Shown here one piece after another: positions 8,119 through 17,669 of a stretch of 30,161 nucleotides of DNA. This stretch comes from a bacterium (lineage in GTDB: Bacteria > Patescibacteriota > Minisyncoccia > Phycocordibacterales > UBA1550): positions 1 to 30,161 of the forward strand of contig JAKAMX010000001.1 in assembly GCA_021812665.1 (NCBI GenBank), written 5' to 3'. The notes under the pieces were generated by a model. It saw only the letters and a list, made by a program, of their open reading frames with translations. It was not told the origin of the DNA and made no database searches. The stretch's first letter is position 1, and every line of letters begins with the position of its first letter. The position numbers and the translations under genes were made by a program.

Positions 8119-10800
8119 TTAATAATCTAATATAATCTTTCCCTTGTTCGTAGTTGCTCTTAGAATAACAAGCCCTGGTAATGTTTTGGCGTCACCTGTT
8201 GTAGTATTTTGTATCTGTGTTGCATTCTTTTTTGCGTTGTAATGCGCCTGAATACTTTGTGTTCCGCTTGTTACCAATTCTTCAAGTTCTTTGAAGCTCC
8301 CTGTCTTATCAGTAGACCATTCATATTGTAATACAGTTTGAGATAATTCATTTGTGGATACACCATTGTAACTTAATCCCTGAATTTGAACATTGAGCTG
8401 GTGACCACTCTGGGTATTTTGAGAGTAGGTAATCTGCAGTGTGTTATTCCCTTGATCTGCAAGGAGCGAGGAGGTCGCGATAGTTGATATAGATGTTTGT
8501 GTATCGTCAATACCCTCAATCATGAGATTCATAGCGCTTGCGCTCAACGAGAGACGTGCCTCTGGTGGGGTGAGATCAGGAGTGACAATTTTCCCAAGCT
8601 CTGGCTTGATAGTGAAATCGGTACGACCATCACCATTGTAATCAACGAAAAGTGGCGAGGCGTTTTGGATCGTTCCATCAGTGAGGGCTATTGTCGCTTT
8701 AGTACTTGTCGAAGTAGGAACAGCTGCTATTGTGCTCGAGGCGATAATTGAATCGTTTCCATCTATCTCTTGCATGTCGAGCGTAAAGGAGCCAGATGCA
8801 TAGCCATCGAGATTTAGCGTTACTGGGGCGTGATTTGGAGTCGTTATTACTTGGACTTCGCCATATCGACGATAATCAGAACCAGGAATAGTTGAAGTTG
8901 CATAGTTTATAATGTTACCAGCACTGTCGATAGCGGATAGGTTGAGGGGCGAATGAAGAGTGAATCTAAGACGATTTGTTTTTACAGTCAATGGTTTTGT
9001 TGTTGTAATAAAATCTGGAAGAGTGCTTGTTGCACCAACAAGAATATCGTTGACTAAATTTCGTAGCTGTGGGACCTCGAAGATATCGGAATGTTTCCGA
9101 TCATACGGTAATAATTTTTGTGGAAAAGTATTGTTGTATTGATATAGATCAACCCAATATTTCGTCACTCCTGCTGCCGCAGGCGTCCATAATGCACTCG
9201 GTGAAACAACAGTACCATCGCCATCTACTACTTCATATGGTGTATATTTTATAGTAGGAATATCTACATAATTAGAGCACGTAGTCGATGGCGAAGATCC
9301 ATTCGCACAAACGCTATCCTCGCCCTGGTAATATTGAATCGTTGCAAGCGTATCCTCTCCCCACCCAGCAATTTCATACAAGGGCACGCCCTGCGGTGGC
9401 ACCCATGCGTCAAGCGTATTGTGGACTGCGTTTGCGTTGGAGAGCAGTCCCGCATTTCCTACAGCAGGATAATCCAAGTCGCTTGGCGACGAGGAAGCTA
9501 GACGCCAGGTATCTGTAATAAAGTTTGCAAGACGATCTGCAGAATGAATCTCGTTGCCATAGCGAGCACGAAAATCGGCAAGGATATCTGATTTATCAAA
9601 TGTCACAACAGGATTATCCACATACGTAAAATAGTTTGCTGAAGGAAGTAGGTTGTATGTGGCTGGTGTTGTGCTAGCAAAAGTGCGTGCTGTTTGTGGA
9701 TCTAGGGCGTAAGGCATTTGCGTTGTTGGCAAGCCTTGATCAAAGCCATGAAGAAGCGCGCCAGCCGCTTCAGGGGTACCGACCTCAGGAACTGCAACAA
9801 AGATTATTTTATCAATGAGTTTTGACGCTTCGCTCCCCAGCTTGTTGGTAAGTGCTTTCGCTACAAGTCCTCCGTTGGAATGAGCGACAATCGTTACCTT
9901 TCCTGTCTTTGATGAAGCCGCAAGGCGACGAAGATCTTGAATGATATACGGGGTGCTCGTTGCCCCCTGAACACCTCCATAATAAATACGATCATCTGAA
10001 AGCTGGTTTCCTGAATTCAGGATATCATCGAGTGATAATCGCCAATCGTACGGAGCTGTATCCCAGTCATTGATCGTTCCTGCGCTTTTGAGTCCATTCA
10101 TCTGGTTAATAAATGACTTATACACGTTACCTATTCCAGGCAGATATGCAGCATCAATCACTCCTTTGTCGTCACTGTTCGGATTGATATAGATATCATT
10201 CCGAATACTTTTACCTTGATCATTTAGATACAGATCGGGCGTACTATTACTAAAAAGACCAGGCTCCCAAAGTTTTTCTGTTCCACCATTGTAATCAGGA
10301 CGATAGAGTCGTGAGGCTTCAACACCTGGCAAGAAAAGAACGTTTGAGTAACAGTTCTCAGTACAGGCAGGAGACGAAGTAGCAATAGTGAGATCAGATA
10401 AAGTTGAGCTTGCGGTAACGTTATAAAGTAACCACGCATCGTGCCCATCATGGTCGCCCCAGTTGTAAGTGAGGAACGCAAAATTCCCAGGACCAAAGCT
10501 ATTTAGTGCTGGAGGTTGGGAATAGTAATCACCTGAACCCAAAAGAGCAGAACAAGAATAATTTATTCCTGAGACAAAAGAGGGATTTGTACAGATCCAC
10601 CAAAACCCAACAGGATGACTAAGGGGGTTATCTGCCAGCGTCGCTTGATAATGCGGATAAACATTCCCAACCGTGGGTATATTAAACGCTGCAGGATTAT
10701 TTATAAATGCAAAAGAAACTTGAGGAACTACTAAAAATAAACCAATTATTAGTAGTTGTTTACGGGCAAAGGCTTCGGTAATACGTCGCCAGAAAATCAT
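8119..10800 (-). CDS. Secreted alpha/beta hydrolase, LCAT/PGAP1-like lipase or acyltransferase (893 aa)
   Basis: Signal peptide; 'VLFLPGVEASRLY'; 'PYDWRLS'; nucleophile 'IVAHSNGGLV'; 'DGDGTV'; 'HSDI'; beta-rich C-terminal extension. Confidence 0.85.
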   Translation of the reverse strand: MIFWRRITEAFARKQLLIIGLFLVVPQVSFAFINNPAAFNIPTVGNVYPHYQATLADNPLSHPVGFWWICTNPSFVSGINYSCSALLGSGDYYSQPPALNSFGPGNFAFLTYNWGDHDGHDAWLLYNVTASSTLSDLTIATSSPACTENCYSNVLFLPGVEASRLYRPDYNGGTEKLWEPGLFSNSTPDLYLNDQGKSIRNDIYINPNSDDKGVIDAAYLPGIGNVYKSFINQMNGLKSAGTINDWDTAPYDWRLSLDDILNSGNQLSDDRIYYGGVQGATSTPYIIQDLRRLAASSKTGKVTIVAHSNGGLVAKALTNKLGSEASKLIDKIIFVAVPEVGTPEAAGALLHGFDQGLPTTQMPYALDPQTARTFASTTPATYNLLPSANYFTYVDNPVVTFDKSDILADFRARYGNEIHSADRLANFITDTWRLASSSPSDLDYPAVGNAGLLSNANAVHNTLDAWVPPQGVPLYEIAGWGEDTLATIQYYQGEDSVCANGSSPSTTCSNYVDIPTIKYTPYEVVDGDGTVVSPSALWTPAAAGVTKYWVDLYQYNNTFPQKLLPYDRKHSDIFEVPQLRNLVNDILVGATSTLPDFITTTKPLTVKTNRLRFTLHSPLNLSAIDSAGNIINYATSTIPGSDYRRYGEVQVITTPNHAPVTLNLDGYASGSFTLDMQEIDGNDSIIASSTIAAVPTSTSTKATIALTDGTIQNASPLFVDYNGDGRTDFTIKPELGKIVTPDLTPPEARLSLSASAMNLMIEGIDDTQTSISTIATSSLLADQGNNTLQITYSQNTQSGHQLNVQIQGLSYNGVSTNELSQTVLQYEWSTDKTGSFKELEELVTSGTQSIQAHYNAKKNATQIQNTTTGDAKTLPGLVILRATTNKGKIILDY

Positions 10801-10856
10801 ACAAACTAACCCTAGGAGAAAGGGGTGGCGATGTCAAGCTCAAGGCTGAAGCCTCA

Positions 10857-10878
10857 TTGACAAAAATTGACGATGGGT
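10857..10878 (+). repeat. 22-nt direct repeat with 17551-17572
   Basis: TTGACAAAAATTGACGATGGGT vs TTGACAGAAATTGACGATGGGT (21/22). Confidence 0.85.
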
Positions 10879-10968
10879 GCAGTAGTAGAGGAAGTTAGAA
10901 AGGTTTTTGAACTACGGAACAGTGTAATGACTCCCATTCCCAACATTGTTTTAGGAAATATTTTTTAG
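10876..10968 (+). other. Orphan recombinase C-terminal tail / att half-site 3 (GAVVEEVRKVFELRNSVMTPIPNIVLGNIF*)
   Basis: GGGTGC core; first 12 residues identical to tail 2 despite synonymous codon differences; in frame with the integrase if joined at the core. Confidence 0.7.
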
Positions 10969-11196
10969 TGATGACTGAGTGATCTTAACCTTAGGCTTGA
11001 TTATTCTATCTGCAACCTCGGTTTAATTAAGTAACATCTTAGGTCGAAACGTGGGGCGTGCGTGCAGCTTCGTTGTCGATGTCGATTTGGCGCCTATCTA
11101 AGGACTCTGTTATGCCCCGAGTGCATGCCAGGCGTAAAAGAGAAACTAAATCTCATTGCGGTCTTTGAATCATCTGACGGGGTGGTTCTTGCATAA

Positions 11197-12087
11197 TCAC
11201 TGCGGCATTGGAACATGCTCCTTGCGCTGTTCTTCCAAATCATCCTTAACAGTCTCTGTGAGAATAACATCACGTTTTGTTGTCGTGAGAAAAATCACAA
11301 GACCAAGGATTGATCCTAAGAATATGAAGCTGGTTACTGTCGTACCGAGACCAAGGCCACCGTCTGACCTTGCTTGCGATAAATAGTCGCCAATCGAGGC
11401 ACCTAGTGGTCGCGTCATAATGTACGCAAGCCAGAACGCAAGTACTGCGTTTGAGGATGCATGTTTGTGTTCTGCGCCAAGAATTGCTTTGAATACATAA
11501 TGCGCTATCGCAATAAGTGCGATTGTTCCAGCAAAAATAAGGAAAGCTGTAAGATACCCAAGATTGAACTGTTCTGCGATAAGATCACCTGCTGCTGTAC
11601 CAAGCGCAAACGTGAAAAGAATTGCAAGCCAATAAAATCCTTCTCGCTTTCGTGTAAAAATAGTGTGCACAGACAAAGTTTTCTCCGATACAAACCAAGC
11701 TATGAATGTTGCAATAAGGGCGATAGAAAACGTGATAGTTGTAGCAATGAGCGGTACGCCAAAGTTATCGCTCAGGTTATCTGTAATAAGCGTGCCAACA
11801 ACACTAATAAGCACCACCGAAAGCCAGTAAATAGATGGTATATACTTCTTTGATCTAAATTGGAAGAACAATACAACAACAAGCAACACACCCATAATGA
11901 CGCTTGTACCATTAAGACCGAAGCCGAGGGTCGTGCTGAGATAGTCAGCGGCGGTCTCGCCAACAGTTGTACATAAAATTTTTATAATCCAAAAATATAA
12001 GGTGACTTCTGGGACCTTGTTCAGCATCTGAGTCCATTTTGAAAAATCACTGTTTTTCTTTAGCGAACCATCTGTGGTTGTTGTCAT
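11197..12087 (-). CDS. COG4705/DUF347-repeat membrane protein
   Basis: 'NKVPEVTLYFWIIKILCTTVGETAAD', 'YW..V..SVVGT..TD', 'FWLAYIMTRPLGAS.GD'. Confidence 0.88.
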   Translation of the reverse strand: MTTTTDGSLKKNSDFSKWTQMLNKVPEVTLYFWIIKILCTTVGETAADYLSTTLGFGLNGTSVIMGVLLVVVLFFQFRSKKYIPSIYWLSVVLISVVGTLITDNLSDNFGVPLIATTITFSIALIATFIAWFVSEKTLSVHTIFTRKREGFYWLAILFTFALGTAAGDLIAEQFNLGYLTAFLIFAGTIALIAIAHYVFKAILGAEHKHASSNAVLAFWLAYIMTRPLGASIGDYLSQARSDGGLGLGTTVTSFIFLGSILGLVIFLTTTKRDVILTETVKDDLEEQRKEHVPMPQ

Positions 12088-12131
12088 GCCATTATTCTTA
12101 TTAATGTAATAAAATTTAGTCTGCGATGATT

Positions 12132-12163
12132 ACGTTACTATTTGAATTGTAAAATTCTGTAAG
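12132..12163 (-). promoter_or_regulatory. Putative OmpR-family box plus -10 element (site 1)
   Basis: Minus strand CTTAC-N5-TTTAC-N11-TAACGT upstream of the DUF347 gene. Confidence 0.55.
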
Positions 12164-12164
12164 G

Positions 12165-12704
12165 CTATTCATCAACACGACGTCCATATGCGGCAAGAAA
12201 TAGGAGAAAGATAAGGACGATGGGAGTGCCCAGTGCGACTGGTAAGACTTGTGCTGGGTTAAGATTCTTTTTGGGAGCAACATGGAACTGCGTTATTTCG
12301 CTCACCTGTGGCACTGGGTCGCCTGCTGTTTCTGCAATAATAATTAAGGAATAATCACCAGCCTTCACAAAGTGGATCTTCCAATTGAGAGGAAGCGTTG
12401 CATTCGCATCAATAGTACCCACGTAAAGCCCTTTTTCTGCGCTCCAATCCTCAAGGTCAACCGGTTTATGCGTCTGATTGTCCGAAAGAGAGAGGTATGT
12501 CGTCACTCCTTGTATTGCCTGCGTGCTCATGTTTTTGATTGAGCCTTGTATAGTGACAAAATCCCCCGCAGTACCATTTAGTGTTTTAGAAGAAAGTACT
12601 TGTAGGATGAGTGGGCGAGAGGCTGAAGCTGTGCGCACAAAGAATGAACACCAAATCAATAGCAACCACACAAATATAAAATGTGTATATTTCATATCAA
12701 TCAT
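12165..12704 (-). CDS. Exported Ig-like protein with C-terminal TM anchor, ABC-operon associated
   Basis: N-terminal hydrophobic leader, beta-rich middle, C-terminal TM helix; overlaps the permease gene. Confidence 0.7.
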   Translation of the reverse strand: MIDMKYTHFIFVWLLLIWCSFFVRTASASRPLILQVLSSKTLNGTAGDFVTIQGSIKNMSTQAIQGVTTYLSLSDNQTHKPVDLEDWSAEKGLYVGTIDANATLPLNWKIHFVKAGDYSLIIIAETAGDPVPQVSEITQFHVAPKKNLNPAQVLPVALGTPIVLIFLLFLAAYGRRVDE

Positions 12705-13470
12705 TATTTACTACCCCTTGTTTCATAAATATACGCTCAGATCCATATAAAAAAACAACCGTAATTGCAAGAAAAACTATCAGTGGCAGGAGAAACTGCC
12801 AATTCTCGAGAACAGATGTGTGGTAATCGACAAGCACGTTATCGAGTGACGAGAATATAGCATCAATAGGGTTTATGTGTGAAATAAGTTGTGATACTAA
12901 ATCATTTTTTAAAGTTGTAGTGAATGTGGCTGGTATACCAAGTGCTAAAAGCATAACCAGCGACGTAGTAATCGTATTTTTACTTGTGCGGAACAAAAGA
13001 GAAAGCCCAAGAATCAACAGTGTAAACGCGCTGACTCCAACCGTTCCCAACAGAGTAACATGTGCAAGAAATGGAATAGTGAGCCCAGACCCAACGGACG
13101 CAACAATGATATACGGAATACTCACAAAAAATATGGCTGCCCAAAGAGTAAGCACAGACATAAATTTACCCAACATAAGATTTGAAAGTGAAACAGGTGA
13201 AAGAAAAATATTTTCAGCCGTGTCTTTATCGAACTCGACTGTTAATATAGACGCTGCATCAAGCGCGGTCACCAGAAGCCCAATACCGATAATTACCTTA
13301 GCCAAGAGCCACATAAGTTCCGTCTGATCGAGAAGCGAGAGCTCTTTGTTGGTAAGGAGAAGGTAGCTCGTTAAGCTAAATGAGAGTGACGCAATAACAA
13401 GCCAGAGCATGCTCTTCCACGAATAGAGTTCCCCGCGTAATTCTTTTTTCCAGATTGTCATTGGTATCAT
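12697..13470 (-). CDS. ABC-2 type transporter permease
   Basis: 'I.KKELR', 'E.DK.T.E..F.SPVS....LGKF', six TM helices; coupled to the ATPase gene. Confidence 0.88.
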   Translation of the reverse strand: MIPMTIWKKELRGELYSWKSMLWLVIASLSFSLTSYLLLTNKELSLLDQTELMWLLAKVIIGIGLLVTALDAASILTVEFDKDTAENIFLSPVSLSNLMLGKFMSVLTLWAAIFFVSIPYIIVASVGSGLTIPFLAHVTLLGTVGVSAFTLLILGLSLLFRTSKNTITTSLVMLLALGIPATFTTTLKNDLVSQLISHINPIDAIFSSLDNVLVDYHTSVLENWQFLLPLIVFLAITVVFLYGSERIFMKQGVVNND

Positions 13471-14198
13471 AGTGTGTGTGTGAGATGAAGAAATATCTCC
13501 GTAAGCGAACCATTCGGCAATGAAGTTTCTTTTTGTAATTCTGTGAGTTTTCCATTAGCAACGATTCGACCATTATGGAGTATCACAATTCGCGAACAAA
13601 GATTGGATACCTCATTAAGAAGATGGGATGATAAAAATATTGTGACACCCTCCTTGTTGAGATTTTTTAAAAGTCGCTGGATATCCTCTTGGCCCTGAGG
13701 ATCTAGGCCGAGAGTTGGTTCATCGAGAAAGAGTATCTTCGGATTGTGTACGAGCGCGCGCGCCAATGCAAGCCGCTGCTTCATGCCACGCGAGTAGGTG
13801 CCAACGCGCGAATTGCGCCGCTCAGTGAGGCCGACCTTCTCTAGGAGCGAATCAATACGCTCATTTTTCTCGTCCGACTTCATACCGTAGAGATCAGCAA
13901 AGAACTCCAAGTACTCCGCTGCCGTCATCCACTCATAGAAACCACGCCCTTCCGGCACGACACCGATAACCCGCGCAATGGAGGCCTTGTTGCCCGACGC
14001 GTATCCGCCGACCGTGACCTCTCCCTCGTCTGGTTCGATAATGCCGGTAAGCATACGTATGGTCGTCGTCTTGCCCGCACCATTGGGACCCAGGAAACCG
14101 TAGAATTCACCCGCAGCGACGTCGAGATCGATGTGATCGACCGCGACACGACCGCCGAATGCCTTGGTAAGATTTTTTGCTGTGATTATTTCAGTCAT
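13467..14198 (-). CDS. ABC transporter ATP-binding protein
   Basis: Walker A GPNGAGKTT, signature YSRGM, Walker B LFLDEPT, H-loop SSH. Confidence 0.97.
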   Translation of the reverse strand: MTEIITAKNLTKAFGGRVAVDHIDLDVAAGEFYGFLGPNGAGKTTTIRMLTGIIEPDEGEVTVGGYASGNKASIARVIGVVPEGRGFYEWMTAAEYLEFFADLYGMKSDEKNERIDSLLEKVGLTERRNSRVGTYSRGMKQRLALARALVHNPKILFLDEPTLGLDPQGQEDIQRLLKNLNKEGVTIFLSSHLLNEVSNLCSRIVILHNGRIVANGKLTELQKETSLPNGSLTEIFLHLTHTL

Positions 14199-14200
14199 AT

Positions 14201-14395
14201 TTATTCTTCGCTTTTGCGCTTCTTAGAAGACGACCAGAAAATATTCATGAGAACACTTGACGCTCCTGAAATCGCGAGAAAGCGACTAACATAAAAATTA
14301 ATCATAATTTGGCTATCGGGCACATCGTAAAACTGCCACAAATAGATACCGAAGCAGAGAACGCCGAGCGAGATGAAAAGAAAGAGTTGTCGCAT
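14201..14395 (-). CDS. Small two-TM membrane protein
   Basis: 64 aa, two hydrophobic segments, tightly packed in the operon (1-2 nt gaps). Confidence 0.7.
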   Translation of the reverse strand: MRQLFLFISLGVLCFGIYLWQFYDVPDSQIMINFYVSRFLAISGASSVLMNIFWSSSKKRKSEE

Positions 14396-14396
14396 A

Positions 14397-15032
14397 TCAT
14401 TTACTGTTTTCCCATTTGAAACTCTTGATTACTGCATCGAACACACTAGAATACTGTGTAAATGTGTCCTGCGCAGAACTGCAAGTAAGTAACCCAGCGC
14501 GATCTTGTCCCGAGATGTATGCCCTAACTGTCTTACTCAAAATCCTACTAGTTATACTAGTATATGTAAGCTGGTAAATTTCATTACCATCGATACTTAT
14601 TTTTTGATAATTAGTTCTCGAGTAATGAGACAAAGAGTGTTTCAAGGCTGACTCGTCCTGGCTCAGAATATACAGCTCTAATGTGCTGTTGTCTGGAACG
14701 TCCATAAGCTCAGCCGTACAGGTGCCATTCGGGAATAAAAACGTGTAGCTGCCAGCTGGCTTGTTTGGCTCAAGCTTCCAGTTTTTAGGAACTGAAACAG
14801 TGTAGTAATTCTCTGCCATATCCCGATTATGGTAAACGTCCAACACCGCAGAGGACGTGCTGTTTATCGGTATATTGTTCTCTGTTGGCACGAGCGAAAC
14901 CGGATTAACTTGGGGTACAACATTTTTCTTTGAAAGAGGACTAAATGTGTAAGCGGTTAGTCCACCAAGCGCAAGAAGCGCGAACGCAAATATTGAAATA
15001 ACGACTTTATTCATGATTGCAATTGATTTCAA
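14397..15032 (-). CDS. Membrane-anchored PsbP-like/DUF1795-like protein (start probably ATG at 15014)
   Basis: N-terminal TM helix; 'Y.VSVPKNW', 'I.IDG.E', 'F..V.KSFK' PsbP-like pattern. Confidence 0.6.
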   Translation of the reverse strand: MKSIAIMNKVVISIFAFALLALGGLTAYTFSPLSKKNVVPQVNPVSLVPTENNIPINSTSSAVLDVYHNRDMAENYYTVSVPKNWKLEPNKPAGSYTFLFPNGTCTAELMDVPDNSTLELYILSQDESALKHSLSHYSRTNYQKISIDGNEIYQLTYTSITSRILSKTVRAYISGQDRAGLLTCSSAQDTFTQYSSVFDAVIKSFKWENSK

Positions 15033-15055
15033 CGAGGGATTACCCCGTTGGGCAT

Positions 15056-15088
15056 AATATAAAATCTACTGCGTAAAATCTCTGTAAA
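15056..15088 (-). promoter_or_regulatory. Putative OmpR-family box plus -10 element (site 2)
   Basis: Minus strand TTTAC-N6-TTTAC-N11-TATATT upstream of the ABC operon. Confidence 0.65.
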
Positions 15089-15095
15089 GGTGGAC

Positions 15096-16097
15096 CTAAC
15101 CCACACAAGACAATCGTATTGTCACAACAGTACCCTTCCCTTTCTCGCTTTCTATAGAAACTTCTCCACCATGCTGTATGATAATTTCTTTTACGATAGA
15201 GAGGCCGAGCCCACTACCATTTGTACCTTCGCCTTTATAGAAACGCTCAAATACATGAGGTAGATCTTTTGCGTCTATACCAGACCCAGTATCAGAAACG
15301 AGCACAAGTGCTTGTGTTCCAGCGTGTTTCACTTCGATGGTTATAGAGCCACCTTTGGGTGTATGTTCAACTGCATTTTGTACAATATTTGTAAGTACGC
15401 GTGTCAATTCAGGTTTTCTCCCGAAAATATGTACCGACTCAGTTGTAACGATCTTTAAAAAAACTCCTTTGTTGTCGGCAAGTACTTTGAGTTTATCTGC
15501 TGTACCTTTCACGATGCTTGAAACGTCGATTTGTTCGACCCCAGACTGTGATCTGGTATGAGAACGCGCAAGCATGAGGAGGTCTTGAGTCATGCTTGTA
15601 AGGTTGTCTATCTCCTCAATGTTACTACGCAGAACTTTTTGTGTAAGCTCTTTCGTTAGGGTAGGGTTACGCAAAAGTACTTCAAGGTCGTTTCGCATAA
15701 CCGCAAGTGGGGTGCGTAGTTCGTGAGAAGCTTTTTCTGAGAACGTTTGCTGTGCGTCGAGCACATTCTGAATAGGGCGAAGAGTATATCCCGCAAACAG
15801 ATATCCGAGCGACCCTGTCGCAATAAGTATAATGAGGTCAACAACCAAAATATCATTCTCGAAAGATGAGAGTGTGTGTTCAATGAACCGCTGCTGAGAC
15901 ACTGCGTCCGCAAATTCGCCGTCGTTAGGTTCATATAAACTGGATTGAAGATTGTGATACAAAAACAAACTAAAACCAGTCACAATGATTGTCACGACCA
16001 ACAAATACACACCAGTGAGTTTTAGGCGCGCCCAGAAAAACACCTTACGGTCTGAGCCTGTATCCAATGCTGCGGATTGTTTCAATTGTTGCCCCAT
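15096..16097 (-). CDS. Sensor histidine kinase (two TM helices, short loop, HisKA + HATPase_c)
   Basis: H-box 'ASHELRTPL', N-box 'NIVQNA..HT', G1 'DTGSGI', F-box 'FERFY', G2 'GSGLGLSI'. Confidence 0.96.
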   Translation of the reverse strand: MGQQLKQSAALDTGSDRKVFFWARLKLTGVYLLVVTIIVTGFSLFLYHNLQSSLYEPNDGEFADAVSQQRFIEHTLSSFENDILVVDLIILIATGSLGYLFAGYTLRPIQNVLDAQQTFSEKASHELRTPLAVMRNDLEVLLRNPTLTKELTQKVLRSNIEEIDNLTSMTQDLLMLARSHTRSQSGVEQIDVSSIVKGTADKLKVLADNKGVFLKIVTTESVHIFGRKPELTRVLTNIVQNAVEHTPKGGSITIEVKHAGTQALVLVSDTGSGIDAKDLPHVFERFYKGEGTNGSGLGLSIVKEIIIQHGGEVSIESEKGKGTVVTIRLSCVG

Positions 16098-16716
16098 GTT
16101 TATTCTTTAACTTATTCCTCAAATTATTAATATGCACATCCATCACTCTACTCAAAGGATTGAATTGAAAATCCCAAAGATGGTCAATTATTTGTTGTCG
16201 ATTAATCACTTGCCCTGGCTTGGTCATAAAAAACTCTAGCAAACGAAACTCAGTAAGTGTGAGATTGAGTTTCTTGCTATCTTGAAATGCTTCCTGAGTT
16301 GAAGGATTAAGCGTTAAATCGCCGACCTCAAGAGTGGGTGCAAGTGTAACACGAGGACGTCGTGAAAGTGCTCGTATGCGAGAAAGCAATTCATCAAACG
16401 AAAATGGTTTAACCAAATAATCGTCCGCTCCACTATCGAGTCCTGCTATTTTGTCATTTGTTGTGTCGCGTGAAGTAAGCATAAGTATAGGCGTCATTAT
16501 GCCTTGCTCGCGGAGCGATCGACAAATTTCAAGTCCATTTTTGCGAGGTAGGTTGATATCGAGAATCAGAATATCGTAGTCTCGATGACTCATGAGCATA
16601 CGCCTCTCACCGTCCTCCCCGTTCGTGAGATAATCAGCAGCATAACCTTCCTGTAACAAACCTCGGGTCAAGGAATCAGCAAGTTTTTGGTTGTCTTCGA
16701 TAATCAGAATTCTCAT
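16045..16716 (-). CDS. OmpR/PhoB-family response regulator
   Basis: Receiver 'ILIIED', 'LDINLP', 'LTSRD', 'GADDYLVKPF'; winged helix 'DVHINNLRNKL...IETIRSIGY'. Confidence 0.97.
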   Translation of the reverse strand: MRILIIEDNQKLADSLTRGLLQEGYAADYLTNGEDGERRMLMSHRDYDILILDINLPRKNGLEICRSLREQGIMTPILMLTSRDTTNDKIAGLDSGADDYLVKPFSFDELLSRIRALSRRPRVTLAPTLEVGDLTLNPSTQEAFQDSKKLNLTLTEFRLLEFFMTKPGQVINRQQIIDHLWDFQFNPLSRVMDVHINNLRNKLKNKHGATIETIRSIGYRLRP

Positions 16717-16727
16717 AGTACGAGTTT

Positions 16728-16760
16728 ACCATATCCCAGACAATGTAAATTACATGTAAA
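16728..16760 (-). promoter_or_regulatory. Putative OmpR-family box plus -10 element (site 3, autoregulation)
   Basis: Minus strand TTTAC-N6-TTTAC-N11-TATGGT, ending 11 nt before the regulator ATG. Confidence 0.65.
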
Positions 16761-16823
16761 GGCACCAAACAACAAGCCCCCTCATCTGAGGGGGCTTGGA
16801 AACACAGAGAATTATGAGAGTTG

Positions 16824-17363
16824 TTATTCGCCTGAATTTTCTGAGGAAGACGCTGGCTCGCTTGATTCGCTCGCAGCACCACCATCTTTATCGCCTGCCT
16901 TATCGGCATGCTCCCCGTGTCTACCGCGACCAAGAGAGATTGAGGTCGCGCTGACATTCATACCGGTTACTGTACCTTCTACGAAGATTTTATCTCCTAC
17001 TTTGAGGTCAGTAAGGCTAGCTGCCACGCCGTGATTTGTCACGGTTGCTTTACTTGCATCAATCGTGTATGAAGATCCTCCTTCGTTAGATTCCTCACCC
17101 ATAACGATGGTAGTACCGTTGATGCTTGAAACGATGCCATCGCCACCCAGAGGGGCATGTCCATGCGTTTTAGTTTCAGTTGCATCAGGCACATCACCTG
17201 GCTCAGGTGTATCTACTGCAGAAGGAGCAGTAACTTTTGTATTCACAGGATTCCCTGTAGATGTTGCGCTTTGTGCGCTGGCTATAATGGCAACACCCGA
17301 CACAAGACCCACAAGCGCCATTCCACCCACAATGAGCGGCGCCGTTAATTTGTTTTTAAACAT
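16824..17363 (-). CDS. Exported protein with DUF5666-like domain
   Basis: Signal/TM leader; 'G.VSSINGTTIV...YTIDAS...LTDLKVGDKIFVEGTV'; low-complexity acidic tail. Confidence 0.7.
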   Translation of the reverse strand: MFKNKLTAPLIVGGMALVGLVSGVAIIASAQSATSTGNPVNTKVTAPSAVDTPEPGDVPDATETKTHGHAPLGGDGIVSSINGTTIVMGEESNEGGSSYTIDASKATVTNHGVAASLTDLKVGDKIFVEGTVTGMNVSATSISLGRGRHGEHADKAGDKDGGAASESSEPASSSENSGE

Positions 17364-17465
17364 AGTTGAGAAAAGTTATTAATTTCTGATAATCATCACA
17401 AATGATATGCCTAAGTGATGAGAGCATGAGGTAATGACGACTTACTCTCCTTGCTACTGTGATCA

Positions 17466-17498
17466 ATTCTAAAAGAAGGTGCGTAAATGCTCTGTAAA
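17466..17498 (-). promoter_or_regulatory. Putative OmpR-family box plus -10 element (site 4)
   Basis: Minus strand TTTAC-N6-TTTAC-N11-TAGAAT upstream of 16824-17363. Confidence 0.65.
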
Positions 17499-17550
17499 GT
17501 ATTTCGAGTTTATAATTAATACAGAAAAACGGAAGATGGTTACATCTTCG

Positions 17551-17572
17551 TTGACAGAAATTGACGATGGGT
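17551..17572 (+). repeat. 22-nt direct repeat with 10857-10878; possible cassette junction
   Basis: 21/22 identity; ends in GGGT like the att core. Confidence 0.8.
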
Positions 17573-17669
17573 CAGGGAGGGCTATCTTTCCTAACAATCC
17601 TTGCCGACCATGAATACATGACGGGGGTTAAGGAAAAACTACAACTAATTCACGGATTGATTCAAAACC

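Noticed and set aside
10860-10875. In-frame TGA upstream of the tails as a sign of genetic code 25 read-through
   Set aside because: TGA ends the integrase, and the long ORFs translate cleanly under code 11 without internal TGA.
10857-10890. TTGACA at 10857 and 17551 as sigma70 promoters expressing the tails (an in-frame ATG precedes GGT)
   Set aside because: No -10 hexamer at 16-18 nt spacing, and the ATG lies inside the would-be promoter. Kept only as a repeat.
10970-11195. Intergenic stretch as an ncRNA or gene remnant
   Set aside because: No convincing stems, repeats or ORF found by eye.
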